In this document: positions 28,230 through 37,278 of the stretch, piece by piece
How positions within the stretch are numbered: position 1 is the stretch's first letter
Layout of the letters: each line of letters begins with the position of its first letter
UHGV virus genome: UHGV-1882326
Strand: one strand, 5' to 3'
Source: a virus
Length of the DNA stretch: 64,000 nt
The notes under the pieces: generated by a model
Seen by the model: the letters and a program-made list of their open reading frames with translations, nothing else
Told to the model about the DNA's origin: nothing
Database searches by the model: none
Position numbers and translations under genes: made by a program

Positions 28230-28610
28230 CTATTTGAATCCATATTTAGTTGCTAATATATATCCTACAAAAGATATTGCAATAATTATTGTAGGGAAAT
28301 TTTTCTTTATGTATTCCATAATATTAAAATTAGATTCGTCTTTAATTTTATTAAAATCTGTCTTAATATCGTTTACTTGAAGTTTAACGTCTGAAACGTC
28401 ACTTTGTAAAGAAATCATTGTAATTTTAATATCTTGAATAGTTTCATTCAATGCTTTATTAGTTTTTACAACTTCCTCAGATAAATTCTGAATAAATTTA
28501 TGACTTTCTTGAAGTCTGGTAATATCTTGTGTATGTTCATCTACTTTTAACTTAACTTCTCTTAAATCCTCTTTAATTTCATGTGCTGTCATATCTTCCA
28601 CAAATCTCAC
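28230..28610 (-). CDS. XhlA-like protein (N-terminal coiled coil, C-terminal TM anchor)
   Basis: 126 aa with heptad-rich N-terminal two-thirds and a terminal hydrophobic helix, an architecture like PBSX XhlA. Confidence 0.4.
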   Translation of the reverse strand: MRFVEDMTAHEIKEDLREVKLKVDEHTQDITRLQESHKFIQNLSEEVVKTNKALNETIQDIKITMISLQSDVSDVKLQVNDIKTDFNKIKDESNFNIMEYIKKNFPTIIIAISFVGYILATKYGFK

Positions 28611-28668
28611 CTACTTTACCATAAAATACCCTTCTTTCTTTTTTATCCGTCCATTCATTTCATTCCAA

Positions 28669-29043
28669 TTAATCACCACAAAGGTTAGCAAATACAATAC
28701 CAGTAATTGCTCTCAAATCAGCCTTATTCAAAGTTCCAATATAGTTCTTAAACCTTGACTTATCCACAGCACGAATTTGTTCAGCACAAGCAACGCTATC
28801 ATCTACAAGAAATTTATTTTTTTCTTTAGATAATGTATAGTGTGTAAGCAAATCTTCTCTTTTAACTTTAGAAGTTAAAGGTACTATGATTATGGTAGGG
28901 CTATAAAAATTTCCAGTATCATTCTGTAAAATTAATACTGGTCTTACTCCGCCTTGTTCTGAACCTTGGGTATTCCTTAAATCAGCATAATAAACTTCCC
29001 CTCTTTTGAATGTTCTTGCGTTATTGTTTATTGTTGTAAACAT
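28669..29043 (-). CDS. mazF: MazF/PemK/EndoA-family endoribonuclease toxin
   Basis: The sequence GEVYYADL...GSEQGGVRPVLILQNDTGNFYSPTIIIVPLTS...VDDSVACAEQIRAVDKSRF aligns closely with B. subtilis EndoA (NdoA) and E. coli MazF. Confidence 0.8.
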   Translation of the reverse strand: MFTTINNNARTFKRGEVYYADLRNTQGSEQGGVRPVLILQNDTGNFYSPTIIIVPLTSKVKREDLLTHYTLSKEKNKFLVDDSVACAEQIRAVDKSRFKNYIGTLNKADLRAITGIVFANLCGD

Positions 29044-29094
29044 ATTCAGTTCTCCTTATGTACTATATTTTTATATAACTTTCATATAATATAT

Positions 29095-29130
29095 ATAGCA
29101 CTTTTTATTTACAAAGTCAATACTTTTATT
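29095..29130 (-). promoter_or_regulatory. Promoter (gtATTGACTTTG-17-TATATA) upstream of the MazF-like gene
   Basis: The minus strand reads aagtaTTGACTttgtaaataaaaagtgcTATATA. Confidence 0.4.
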
Positions 29131-29473
29131 TACCATAACCCTTATTTTTATTAATACCATACCCATTTTTTGTCTTATATAAAGTAACATATTTAGGTAC
29201 AAAATTAAAAGGATTTTTCAATGTAATCACCATATTGTTCTCAACTTCAATATACAATTCGCCTTTCTTTTCAAAACGAACCCTTGAAGCCTTTTCTGGA
29301 ACAATATATTCACTTTTTAACCTACAAGTATCTTGACTTGGTAATGGTTTCCAACAATCTGATATATTGCACCAACGAACAAAAGGACAAATATTACCAT
29401 TTTGTCTTTTACATAAAACCCTATTTCTATTATCTACTTTACCAATATATGAATCTGGACACAAAATAATCAC
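29126..29473 (-). CDS. Cys-rich hypothetical protein immediately upstream of the MazF-like gene
   Basis: 115 aa with 7 Cys, not similar to MazE or RHH antitoxins. Confidence 0.4.
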   Translation of the reverse strand: MIILCPDSYIGKVDNRNRVLCKRQNGNICPFVRWCNISDCWKPLPSQDTCRLKSEYIVPEKASRVRFEKKGELYIEVENNMVITLKNPFNFVPKYVTLYKTKNGYGINKNKGYGK

Positions 29474-29555
29474 TTCCTTTACAACAAAATTTAAAATATG
29501 TAAAATGCGTAGAGCATATCACCCTACGCATATAGATACAAACTAGTAACAGAGA

Positions 29556-30602
29556 TTAGCCAACAGTTACATTAGCATAACCTTCTACTGCTGTATTCTT
29601 AGTGAGAACAGCATGGATAGTAGTTGTACCAGTTGCTACACCCTCTACTTCACCAGTTGCATCATCCACTTTAGCAGTACCAGCAGCACCACTTGTAAAA
29701 GTAACAGCAGTTGGGTCTACTAACTTAGGTAAAGCATTTCTGATAAGAGCATAAACCTTAATAGTTTCTTTTTCACTTACTTGTAAATCAATATCAGCCG
29801 GAGTTAAAGCCAATGCGTAAGCGTCATTCTCCCACTGAGCAGTAGACAGAATTTCCTTAATAGTACCATAGATAGCTTCATCACTACAGCTAGAGGTTTC
29901 AGCAGATGCCAGAGCAGAACCATTAAGAGGCGTATTAGCCGCACCAGTCATACTCATAGAGATTTCCTGTGAGCCGTTTAACATTAAACGTGGAATGTCA
30001 ATCTGAACCTCGCCAACTTTAGTAGTAGACGCTTCATTTGGATTAGTGCTACTACCTGCAAACAGAGTACCAGTCATTACAGCATGAACGGTAGCAGGAA
30101 TAAAGTTAGCACCTACTGTCAGCACTCTCATAGAATCGTTGTTTACTACATACTTAACGCAATAAACATCACCAGACATAGCACCTGCAACAGTGATAAT
30201 CTTATTGTTGAAAGTACCTTTAACCCATGTAGAGCCATTAGGCTTTTTGTACCAACCAATAGTACCAAAGTTACCAAATGCTACAGGAGTACCACTTACG
30301 GTAATCTGTCCTGCGTCTGTTACAGTAACTTCCTCAGAAGTTAAAGCACTACCACCAATCGCAATATCAGAACCAATGTTCTTTGCGATAAATTCAAGAC
30401 GGAACATTACATCAGTAAGAGTTATGTCCATTGTAGAAGAATGTGCATATTTGCCATACAGTTTTGCACCTTGTCCACCACGAATATCTTCAAGAGATAC
30501 ATCAAAACTAAAAGTAGAATCTGTTAAAGTTTTTGCAGTAGCAAACAGTTCATCGCCTACAAAAAGGTCAACATTTGCTACACCAGCTAAAAAAGCATCC
30601 AT
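29556..30602 (-). CDS. Major tail protein with a C-terminal Ig-like (Big_2-type) domain
   Basis: 348 aa with a TFTSGAAGTAKVDDATGEVEGVATGTTTIHAV Ig-like C-terminus. It has an AAAGGAG ribosome-binding site and a strong leader. Confidence 0.6.
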   Translation of the reverse strand: MDAFLAGVANVDLFVGDELFATAKTLTDSTFSFDVSLEDIRGGQGAKLYGKYAHSSTMDITLTDVMFRLEFIAKNIGSDIAIGGSALTSEEVTVTDAGQITVSGTPVAFGNFGTIGWYKKPNGSTWVKGTFNNKIITVAGAMSGDVYCVKYVVNNDSMRVLTVGANFIPATVHAVMTGTLFAGSSTNPNEASTTKVGEVQIDIPRLMLNGSQEISMSMTGAANTPLNGSALASAETSSCSDEAIYGTIKEILSTAQWENDAYALALTPADIDLQVSEKETIKVYALIRNALPKLVDPTAVTFTSGAAGTAKVDDATGEVEGVATGTTTIHAVLTKNTAVEGYANVTVG

Positions 30603-30654
30603 TTATATTACTCCTTTCATATTTCAAACATTTTTTATATTTCAGACATTTGTG

Positions 30655-30690
30655 AACTACCCATCAGCTAAAGCTAATGGGATTTCTGAT
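30655..30690 (-). repeat. Hairpin motif copy A (CCCATTAGCTTTAGCTGATGGG, transcript sense) in the leader of the major tail protein
   Basis: The plus strand reads cccatcagctaaagctaatggg. The motif sits 60 nt upstream of the major-tail-protein ATG. Confidence 0.5.
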
Positions 30691-31490
30691 TATATTTTTT
30701 TAAATCCTTGTCCAATATTCTTTTTATTTACAAAAGCATCTGCATATTTGCCTTTCTTATTCTTATATGCAAAATGCTCTATAGGCTTTTTAAACTTTCC
30801 ACCATTTGCTTCAAAATTCTTGTTCACAACGTAATCAATCTGTTCAACAACAGCATTAAACAAAGACGTAAAACTATAAAAAGTCATTTCAAGCAAATCT
30901 TTCTTTAACATGCCGTTATGTGCTGAAACAATAGATATTTTTCTTTCTAATGTTATAGGTTCTTTATTCTTATTCACCAAACTATAATATTCATCAACAG
31001 CTTTCTTATAATCTGGATTTAAATCTCTTTCATCTTCATAATCATAGATATTCTGATATTGTATAATTTGAATTATATTATCAAAATCCTTATAATCTAT
31101 AATCACGTCATTTATTTCAAGAATAAATTTACCTTTTTCATTAATCTTGATTTTGAACTGTTCTTCAATTTTATTAAGTCCAAAACATAATTCTATAATT
31201 CTGACAAATTGCCAATATCTCATAGAATGTTTTTCAACTTTTCCAAACAAATCTTGTCCTAAAACCATTTGCAAAAGAAATTGTAAATAAGAACTCTGAA
31301 TGATTTCTATATCTTCAAATGTGTTTTTATCTATTGTAAGCACGTTATAACAGTTTACAAAATCGTTAGCTTCTTTTAACTTAACTGGATATAATAATAT
31401 TACTTGTTTATGTCTAGTAACATAAGGGATAGGTTTGTCCATTTCAATATAGTTCTGATAAGGTGTTATATCAAACTTCATTAAACACAC
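30690..31490 (-). CDS. Hypothetical head-tail/tail protein
   Basis: The probable start is at 31481, where TAATG overlaps the upstream stop. Confidence 0.45.
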   Translation of the reverse strand: MCLMKFDITPYQNYIEMDKPIPYVTRHKQVILLYPVKLKEANDFVNCYNVLTIDKNTFEDIEIIQSSYLQFLLQMVLGQDLFGKVEKHSMRYWQFVRIIELCFGLNKIEEQFKIKINEKGKFILEINDVIIDYKDFDNIIQIIQYQNIYDYEDERDLNPDYKKAVDEYYSLVNKNKEPITLERKISIVSAHNGMLKKDLLEMTFYSFTSLFNAVVEQIDYVVNKNFEANGGKFKKPIEHFAYKNKKGKYADAFVNKKNIGQGFKKI

Positions 31491-32044
31491 CCCTCACTTA
31501 TACTACCAATCTGAACAGCCATAAATATACTTGCACCATTGTAGTTTCTTGTATTATTTAAAGCCGCCCTAGACCTACAATACTGTGATAGTTCTGCATT
31601 AAACTGAAATTGTCCAACACCGTCCATAGCATAAGAACCATTAAGTGTTTTCATAATTTCAGTTTCCATAACATCAGCCCTATTACAAGGAATACCATTA
31701 TATTCCACAATAGCAATTTTGTCCCCAAATAAAACATCAAATTCATACACAACAGTACATAAATAAGGGTTTATTGGATAACTGTCATACTTAAAACATT
31801 TTAATATGGTTGTTGCGTCATATTGCATGTTTTCAACTAAAGGATTTAAAAATATCCTATATTTTTGTTGTTGGTCTTGATTTTTATAAATCATTCCCAT
31901 TTTTTCCTCGAATGTAAGATTAGGTTTACTTAAACAATCATAAGTGCCATACTTAAGAAGTTTAAATATATTTTCATTATTTTGAGCCAATGTCATTATA
32001 ATTTTATAAGGGACATATGGCAAATTTGCAAAATTATTAAACAT
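31481..32044 (-). CDS. Hypothetical head-tail protein
   Basis: 187 aa. Confidence 0.45.
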   Translation of the reverse strand: MFNNFANLPYVPYKIIMTLAQNNENIFKLLKYGTYDCLSKPNLTFEEKMGMIYKNQDQQQKYRIFLNPLVENMQYDATTILKCFKYDSYPINPYLCTVVYEFDVLFGDKIAIVEYNGIPCNRADVMETEIMKTLNGSYAMDGVGQFQFNAELSQYCRSRAALNNTRNYNGASIFMAVQIGSISEGCV

Positions 32045-32060
32045 TTACACATACTCCTTT

Positions 32061-33338
32061 CTAAAACGCAGACACTAGTTTGATTTCTTTTTGTAATGTT
32101 AAATCATCAGCTTCTATTGTTAAAATCAATACATCAGACGTAGGTTTTATACAAGTTAAAGCATATGTATTATCTGATTTAGACAAAGTATAATATCCTT
32201 GTTTAACGCCAGTCGCAGTTACGACAATATCAACATTCTGTTTAACACCATTAATTATCAACATTGGTTCAAAAATTTGAACATTACCTTGACGCACTTG
32301 CGTAAAAACAGGGGTTATAACAATCTCTTTTTTCTCAGTCACAGTTTCTACTACGGTACATATTGCTTCGTCTTGTACTGTCTTATACTGACTGGTAGCC
32401 ACATGAAATTCGATTTTAGACCCTATTTCAACATCTGCTGAAATTTGATAATTGCCATTTTCGTCTATTGTTGCACTTTCAGATGGTACAGCCCACCATT
32501 GCAAAGGAATGGACAGTTGCTCATTATCCCTCATTACAATAGCTTGTAACCTACCACTACCACCTTGTACCACTTCAAATTCGCCATCTTGTATCATAAT
32601 CGAAAAAGTATGCTCATAACGATTAGCCACATTATTTTCAATATCATCAGACGGTTGAATTTCATCAAGATATAAATCTATATAAAGAATAGTTGTATCT
32701 TGGTCTATATAACTATTCTGCATATAATTGTTGTACCCAGTAATCTTAAAAGGTCTACCATTAAAAATAAACCTTTTATTTTGTTTCCATTTGATTGTTT
32801 CTTTATTTCCTTGTACAATCATTACAACATGATTATCTGGGATAACAATATCTTCCATGTACTTAGGTGAAGGTGATGTAGGTGTATAGTCCAAAATACA
32901 AGGTATTGATATAATATCACCAGTATTTTCGTCTACATATTTTGCAAGATTATTACAACGTCTGACAACAACAGCTTCGGAAACACTGTTATAGTTGTCT
33001 GTAAATGTTGTAATCCAATAGTTATCATCAAATTGATATAATAATCCTCTAGTATTTCTATCAGAAGAACCATTTTCTTGAATAATATCCTTGAAAATTA
33101 ACTTTCTGAAATCATCACCGTTTTTACGTCCTGTGCTTGTTTCCTCTATGACATGATTTATATAAACCGTTATAGGATTAAACTCAAAAGAACCTATTTC
33201 AGTTTCTTCGCCCACATCGTATTGCACAGTAGTATTATCCCATTGAGAATCGACCAATGCTTGTATATCATTTCTATACTTACTGTTAGGGGTCATAGCC
33301 AGACCCTCTAGGTAAGCACCATAATAAGTTAATGCCAT
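32061..33338 (-). CDS. Structural protein, hypothetical (425 aa)
   Basis: It lies between the head and tail modules and could be a neck or sheath-like protein. No motif was recognised. Confidence 0.4.
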   Translation of the reverse strand: MALTYYGAYLEGLAMTPNSKYRNDIQALVDSQWDNTTVQYDVGEETEIGSFEFNPITVYINHVIEETSTGRKNGDDFRKLIFKDIIQENGSSDRNTRGLLYQFDDNYWITTFTDNYNSVSEAVVVRRCNNLAKYVDENTGDIISIPCILDYTPTSPSPKYMEDIVIPDNHVVMIVQGNKETIKWKQNKRFIFNGRPFKITGYNNYMQNSYIDQDTTILYIDLYLDEIQPSDDIENNVANRYEHTFSIMIQDGEFEVVQGGSGRLQAIVMRDNEQLSIPLQWWAVPSESATIDENGNYQISADVEIGSKIEFHVATSQYKTVQDEAICTVVETVTEKKEIVITPVFTQVRQGNVQIFEPMLIINGVKQNVDIVVTATGVKQGYYTLSKSDNTYALTCIKPTSDVLILTIEADDLTLQKEIKLVSAF

Positions 33339-33353
33339 GGCTATGTCCTCCTT

Positions 33354-33590
33354 TTATTTTACAAAATCTATTGCTTGAAAAATAGAAGCCTTTACCATAT
33401 AATGTGTAGCTTCTGTTCCTAATCTGTTTAAACCTCTTATGATAATAATAACTTGTTCATTTATCTCGCTTTTCTTTACACCGTTTAACCATACTAATAA
33501 GGTTTCTAAGTATTTACAATAATCTTCTTTTGAAGTTTCATAAATACATAAAGCCTTATATAATTTGCCAACAATTAAACTCTTATTCAT
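33354..33590 (-). CDS. Hypothetical small protein
   Basis: 78 aa. Confidence 0.35.
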   Translation of the reverse strand: MNKSLIVGKLYKALCIYETSKEDYCKYLETLLVWLNGVKKSEINEQVIIIIRGLNRLGTEATHYMVKASIFQAIDFVK

Positions 33591-34036
33591 TAAAACACCA
33601 ACTGCAAGTCTTTTATTTTGTCTATATTATCATTCTGATAATCCAGACTATCTTGCTTTATCTTTTCTCTCATTCTATCCAGATATTCAGATTTAGCATC
33701 TAAGTTGTTTGCTTCTGCATAATGTTTAAAGTCTGTATTGGTAAGATGTAAATTAAATTGAGTAACGTCATTAATATTGGTTTCAAACCATGTATACACG
33801 AACCAATCTGCTAATATACTTTGCTCTTTCAAAGTTAATTTATTAGCAAATTCTCTAGTTTCTGTACTATAATCAAGAGGTTGTAAACATTCAACAAATT
33901 TAGGTATAGATTTTATTAACATTCCGTCAGTATATTTTTGAAAATCTTCTGTACTTTTTTCATAAAGTTTATCTAATTTATAGTCACGTATAATAATTAA
34001 TGCTAAGTCTTTTATAGTATCAAAGGAAGTAGCCAT
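33590..34036 (-). CDS. Hypothetical head-tail protein
   Basis: 148 aa. Its stop overlaps the next start. Confidence 0.45.
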   Translation of the reverse strand: MATSFDTIKDLALIIIRDYKLDKLYEKSTEDFQKYTDGMLIKSIPKFVECLQPLDYSTETREFANKLTLKEQSILADWFVYTWFETNINDVTQFNLHLTNTDFKHYAEANNLDAKSEYLDRMREKIKQDSLDYQNDNIDKIKDLQLVF

Positions 34037-34060
34037 ATTGTTTCACCTCCTTTTATTTAA

Positions 34061-34723
34061 TTACTCAGCTTCAATTCCCACGAAATTAATTCCAGTAAGT
34101 TCACCAAGTTTTACCAGAACATTTGCGTCTACATCAATACCTTGAACACGCTTATTCTTAATCATTTCGATAATAGTTTCCTTCTGACCTCTTGGAGCCA
34201 TATTATAAAGGTCAATGATTTTGTTAGCATCATTCTTAAAAATATTTTCAATAACTTCTGGTGGTAACATTTTGTTATATTCAGAAGTTTTTCTTAATTT
34301 TCTAACAACTTCTTCGTCAACAATATAGAAATATCCCTCGTTAGCAAATCTCTGATTATGCTGTACAATATCTTTTAAATCACCAAAAGGAATATCTATA
34401 ATCTGTCCAAAATCAGTAAAAGTATAAATATTTCCCTGTCCTTTACCTTGTGTTGCAAGATTTAATTCACCTTGACACATACTGACTACAGGAACCTCTG
34501 TTTCAAGATAATTGTAAAATCTATCGTTACCATACGGTACAGATTGAGTAACAGCTTGCGACTTAACTTTGCCCTCTAAGTCATTGAGTCTACCCATAAG
34601 TGCTTCAAACTGCTCTGTAGTAAGTGTTACCGTATTTGTAGATTTTTCTTCTACGTTTTCTGTTACAGCTTCCTCAACAATAGGTGTTGTAGCAGTCTTT
34701 TTTGCTGTTTTTGCGGTTGCCAT
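34061..34723 (-). CDS. Hypothetical structural protein
   Basis: 220 aa. Confidence 0.45.
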   Translation of the reverse strand: MATAKTAKKTATTPIVEEAVTENVEEKSTNTVTLTTEQFEALMGRLNDLEGKVKSQAVTQSVPYGNDRFYNYLETEVPVVSMCQGELNLATQGKGQGNIYTFTDFGQIIDIPFGDLKDIVQHNQRFANEGYFYIVDEEVVRKLRKTSEYNKMLPPEVIENIFKNDANKIIDLYNMAPRGQKETIIEMIKNKRVQGIDVDANVLVKLGELTGINFVGIEAE

Positions 34724-34824
34724 ATCATTTAAATCCTTTCATTCATTTTATTCATTAAAAAAGAAATGCCAAGAAAGCATAAGACCTCCTTGGCATTTTT
34801 ATTATATTTTTGCACAAGACAAAA

Positions 34825-36018
34825 TCATTGCTTGTTCTTAACATCTAATACAATTTCTGTGTGATTTTTTCCTTGAAGTAAAGAATCTATTGCTTCTATA
34901 AGTTGTTGTTTTGTAGGAATTTCAAAATTTCCTTTTACTCGTAAAATTTTATATCCTTTACTTCTAACGAAATAATCTCTTCTTATATCTCTTTTTTTAT
35001 TTACTTCTAAATTATGCCAATATTCTCCATCGTATTCAATATCTATTTTTTCACCTTGTATTTCTAATAAGCAATCAAAAACCGCTCTTTCTAAAACAAA
35101 ACCAAACGTAACTTTATAATTCGGATAAGTTTCTTTTACAAGCTCACAAAGTTTCTTTTCTGGCTTAGAAGAACGAACATTACCATTTTCAGCCATAGAT
35201 TCTATTACTTTTTGTCTTATCTCTGGAACTTGCAAAATATAAGGTTTACCATACTTTTTTAAAACAGTTTGTACTGCTTTATTCCTTGTTTCTAAAGATT
35301 CAAAAGCACTTTTTCTACCATATTTTTTTAAATTAGTTAATAATGCTCTTTCTCTTATTTCTGAAACTTGCATAGCGTTTGGTTTACCATATTTTTCAAT
35401 CATGGTTTTTTGTGCTTTTTCTTTTACTTCTGGTATTTGCATTGTATAAGGCTTCCCATATTTATTCAAATTATTTTGAACTATTTTTTCTTTTATTTCA
35501 GAAGAAGCAAAAACATTAGAAACGCCATATTTTTCTAAATTAGTTTGCTCAATTCTTTCTTTTATTTCGGGAACTTGTAATACACAAGGCTTTCCATATT
35601 TTTTTAAATTAGTCTTTTCTATTTTCTTTTGAATATCTCTATTTTGTGCAGGAAAATCAACTCCATATTTTTTTCTGTTTGTGCTTTTTATTTTTTCTTG
35701 TACACCTTCTATCCCCATAGGAGTTGTTGTACCATATCTTTCTAAGAAAGTATTTTCTCTTTTTATTTGCGAACATTTTTTACAATATAACTTACCATCT
35801 TTTTCAGTGTTTTTTAAATACCCAACATAAGTAATATTTAACTTTTTCCCACAAATATCACAAAATGCTATTATTCTTTTTTGAGAAGAAGGAGGTAAAT
35901 CTTTAAGTTTAACTTTAAATTTATCAAATCTTTTGGTATATTTATACCCTTTTTCAATATAATAGTTAAAATTTCTTCCTGCCCAAGTCATTTCAATTTC
36001 TTGGTTTTCGTCTATCAT
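34825..36018 (-). CDS. Free-standing homing-endonuclease-like protein: Zn finger, about 8 NUMOD3-like repeats, and a C-terminal Vsr/DUF559-type nuclease domain
   Basis: CDICGKK...CKKC forms a Zn finger. The repeat QEKIKSTNRKKYG / KERIEQTNLEKYG / KEKIVQNNLNKYG... recurs about 8 times. The C-terminus reads DIEYDGEYWH...RDIRRDYFVRSKGYKILRV. Confidence 0.55.
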   Translation of the reverse strand: MIDENQEIEMTWAGRNFNYYIEKGYKYTKRFDKFKVKLKDLPPSSQKRIIAFCDICGKKLNITYVGYLKNTEKDGKLYCKKCSQIKRENTFLERYGTTTPMGIEGVQEKIKSTNRKKYGVDFPAQNRDIQKKIEKTNLKKYGKPCVLQVPEIKERIEQTNLEKYGVSNVFASSEIKEKIVQNNLNKYGKPYTMQIPEVKEKAQKTMIEKYGKPNAMQVSEIRERALLTNLKKYGRKSAFESLETRNKAVQTVLKKYGKPYILQVPEIRQKVIESMAENGNVRSSKPEKKLCELVKETYPNYKVTFGFVLERAVFDCLLEIQGEKIDIEYDGEYWHNLEVNKKRDIRRDYFVRSKGYKILRVKGNFEIPTKQQLIEAIDSLLQGKNHTEIVLDVKNKQ

Positions 36019-36064
36019 AAAGTTTACCTCCTACTTGACAATCATTTAGACAAATTTTATTAAT

Positions 36065-36115
36065 CATATATCTTTATTATAAATTATACCATAATAATCA
36101 TAATAAAGATATATG
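36065..36115 (-). promoter_or_regulatory. 15-bp perfect inverted repeat with an extended -10 (TGGTATAAT) in its loop, upstream of the endonuclease gene
   Basis: The arms atatatctttattat (36065-36079) and ataataaagatatat (36101-36115) pair perfectly. The -10 lies at 36083-36091 on the minus strand. Confidence 0.4.
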
Positions 36116-36130
36116 AATTTTATACAAAAA

Positions 36131-37240
36131 TTAATCTAATTTTATCATTGCGGCTGTTGCATTTGATACGAACTCACAAGCCCAACCCTTATTAATAGTG
36201 GTGTTAGATGTAAGATTTGCATTGTCATAGTAATCATTTCCGTTGCTTAACTGGACTCCCTCAAGTACCATCTTAACTAATTTATCTGTGGATGGAGATA
36301 CAACATAAATCTTCTTATCATCCAGAGCCAGAGAATAATTAGTATAATCACCAGTAGCAACCTGTGGCAGTACCAGAATATCGTAATCAAAGAAATTCTT
36401 GATAAGCTGAATACTCTGGGAGTTACTATCTGTTACGATTCTGTAAACATTAGCGGCATTTGGAATAATCTTAGATAATGCAAGTGCAGTACCTACAATT
36501 ACAGCCTTATCCCCCTGATTGTAAGCGGTTACAGTCTGGCATAAACCTAACAGAGTATCCTGTGTATAACCAGTCTTAACTAAAGCTGTTGGATAAGTAG
36601 CGGCAGTTAAACCTGCGTTCAGTGCATTGTAAGCATCCAGAGAGAAAGCAGTTTCCATAGAACGAATTGCAGTTCTTACAAACTCAGCTAAATTCTCCTT
36701 ACGTGCCAGAACCTTATACAGAGAAGCATAAACAGTAATATTATGGTTTACTGGCATAAGAGTTCTATTTGCACTAAACTGCTTCTGACGAATAGTAGTT
36801 CTCTGACCATGTGCGCCTGTAGAAACAGTCATTAATGCTCTTGGCTTAATCTCAAACTGTGCAGAGTCTCCCCAACCTACATTACGAACCTCGGTGTACA
36901 GACCAATGGAACGAATGATAGTTTCTGGTAACACTGCTTGAATAAGCATATCAACAACAGCAAAAGCCGCCCAACGTATCATTGGATTTGCTACTAAATG
37001 TGTAGGTTGAATATCATTCGGCAGAGTACAACCTGCAAATCTCTGTACTTCACCTAAGAAAGAATTGTTAATCTTATCTTCCTTTTCACTTAAAGATACA
37101 GTATTATCAAAATCACCTAAGTCCTTCTTATTAACCTTGGACATATAATGAAAATAATAATCTCTAAATCTATCTACAAACTTTAAAGTGTTCTCGTTAC
37201 CATTAGAGAACTTGATAATGGATAAATCCTTAATAGCCAT
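36131..37240 (-). CDS. Major capsid protein (putative)
   Basis: 369 aa, by position after the protease/scaffold and decoration genes. No motif was verified. Confidence 0.55.
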   Translation of the reverse strand: MAIKDLSIIKFSNGNENTLKFVDRFRDYYFHYMSKVNKKDLGDFDNTVSLSEKEDKINNSFLGEVQRFAGCTLPNDIQPTHLVANPMIRWAAFAVVDMLIQAVLPETIIRSIGLYTEVRNVGWGDSAQFEIKPRALMTVSTGAHGQRTTIRQKQFSANRTLMPVNHNITVYASLYKVLARKENLAEFVRTAIRSMETAFSLDAYNALNAGLTAATYPTALVKTGYTQDTLLGLCQTVTAYNQGDKAVIVGTALALSKIIPNAANVYRIVTDSNSQSIQLIKNFFDYDILVLPQVATGDYTNYSLALDDKKIYVVSPSTDKLVKMVLEGVQLSNGNDYYDNANLTSNTTINKGWACEFVSNATAAMIKLD

Positions 37241-37278
37241 AAGTCTAAAACTCCTTCCTAATCTATAATCAAATTAAA

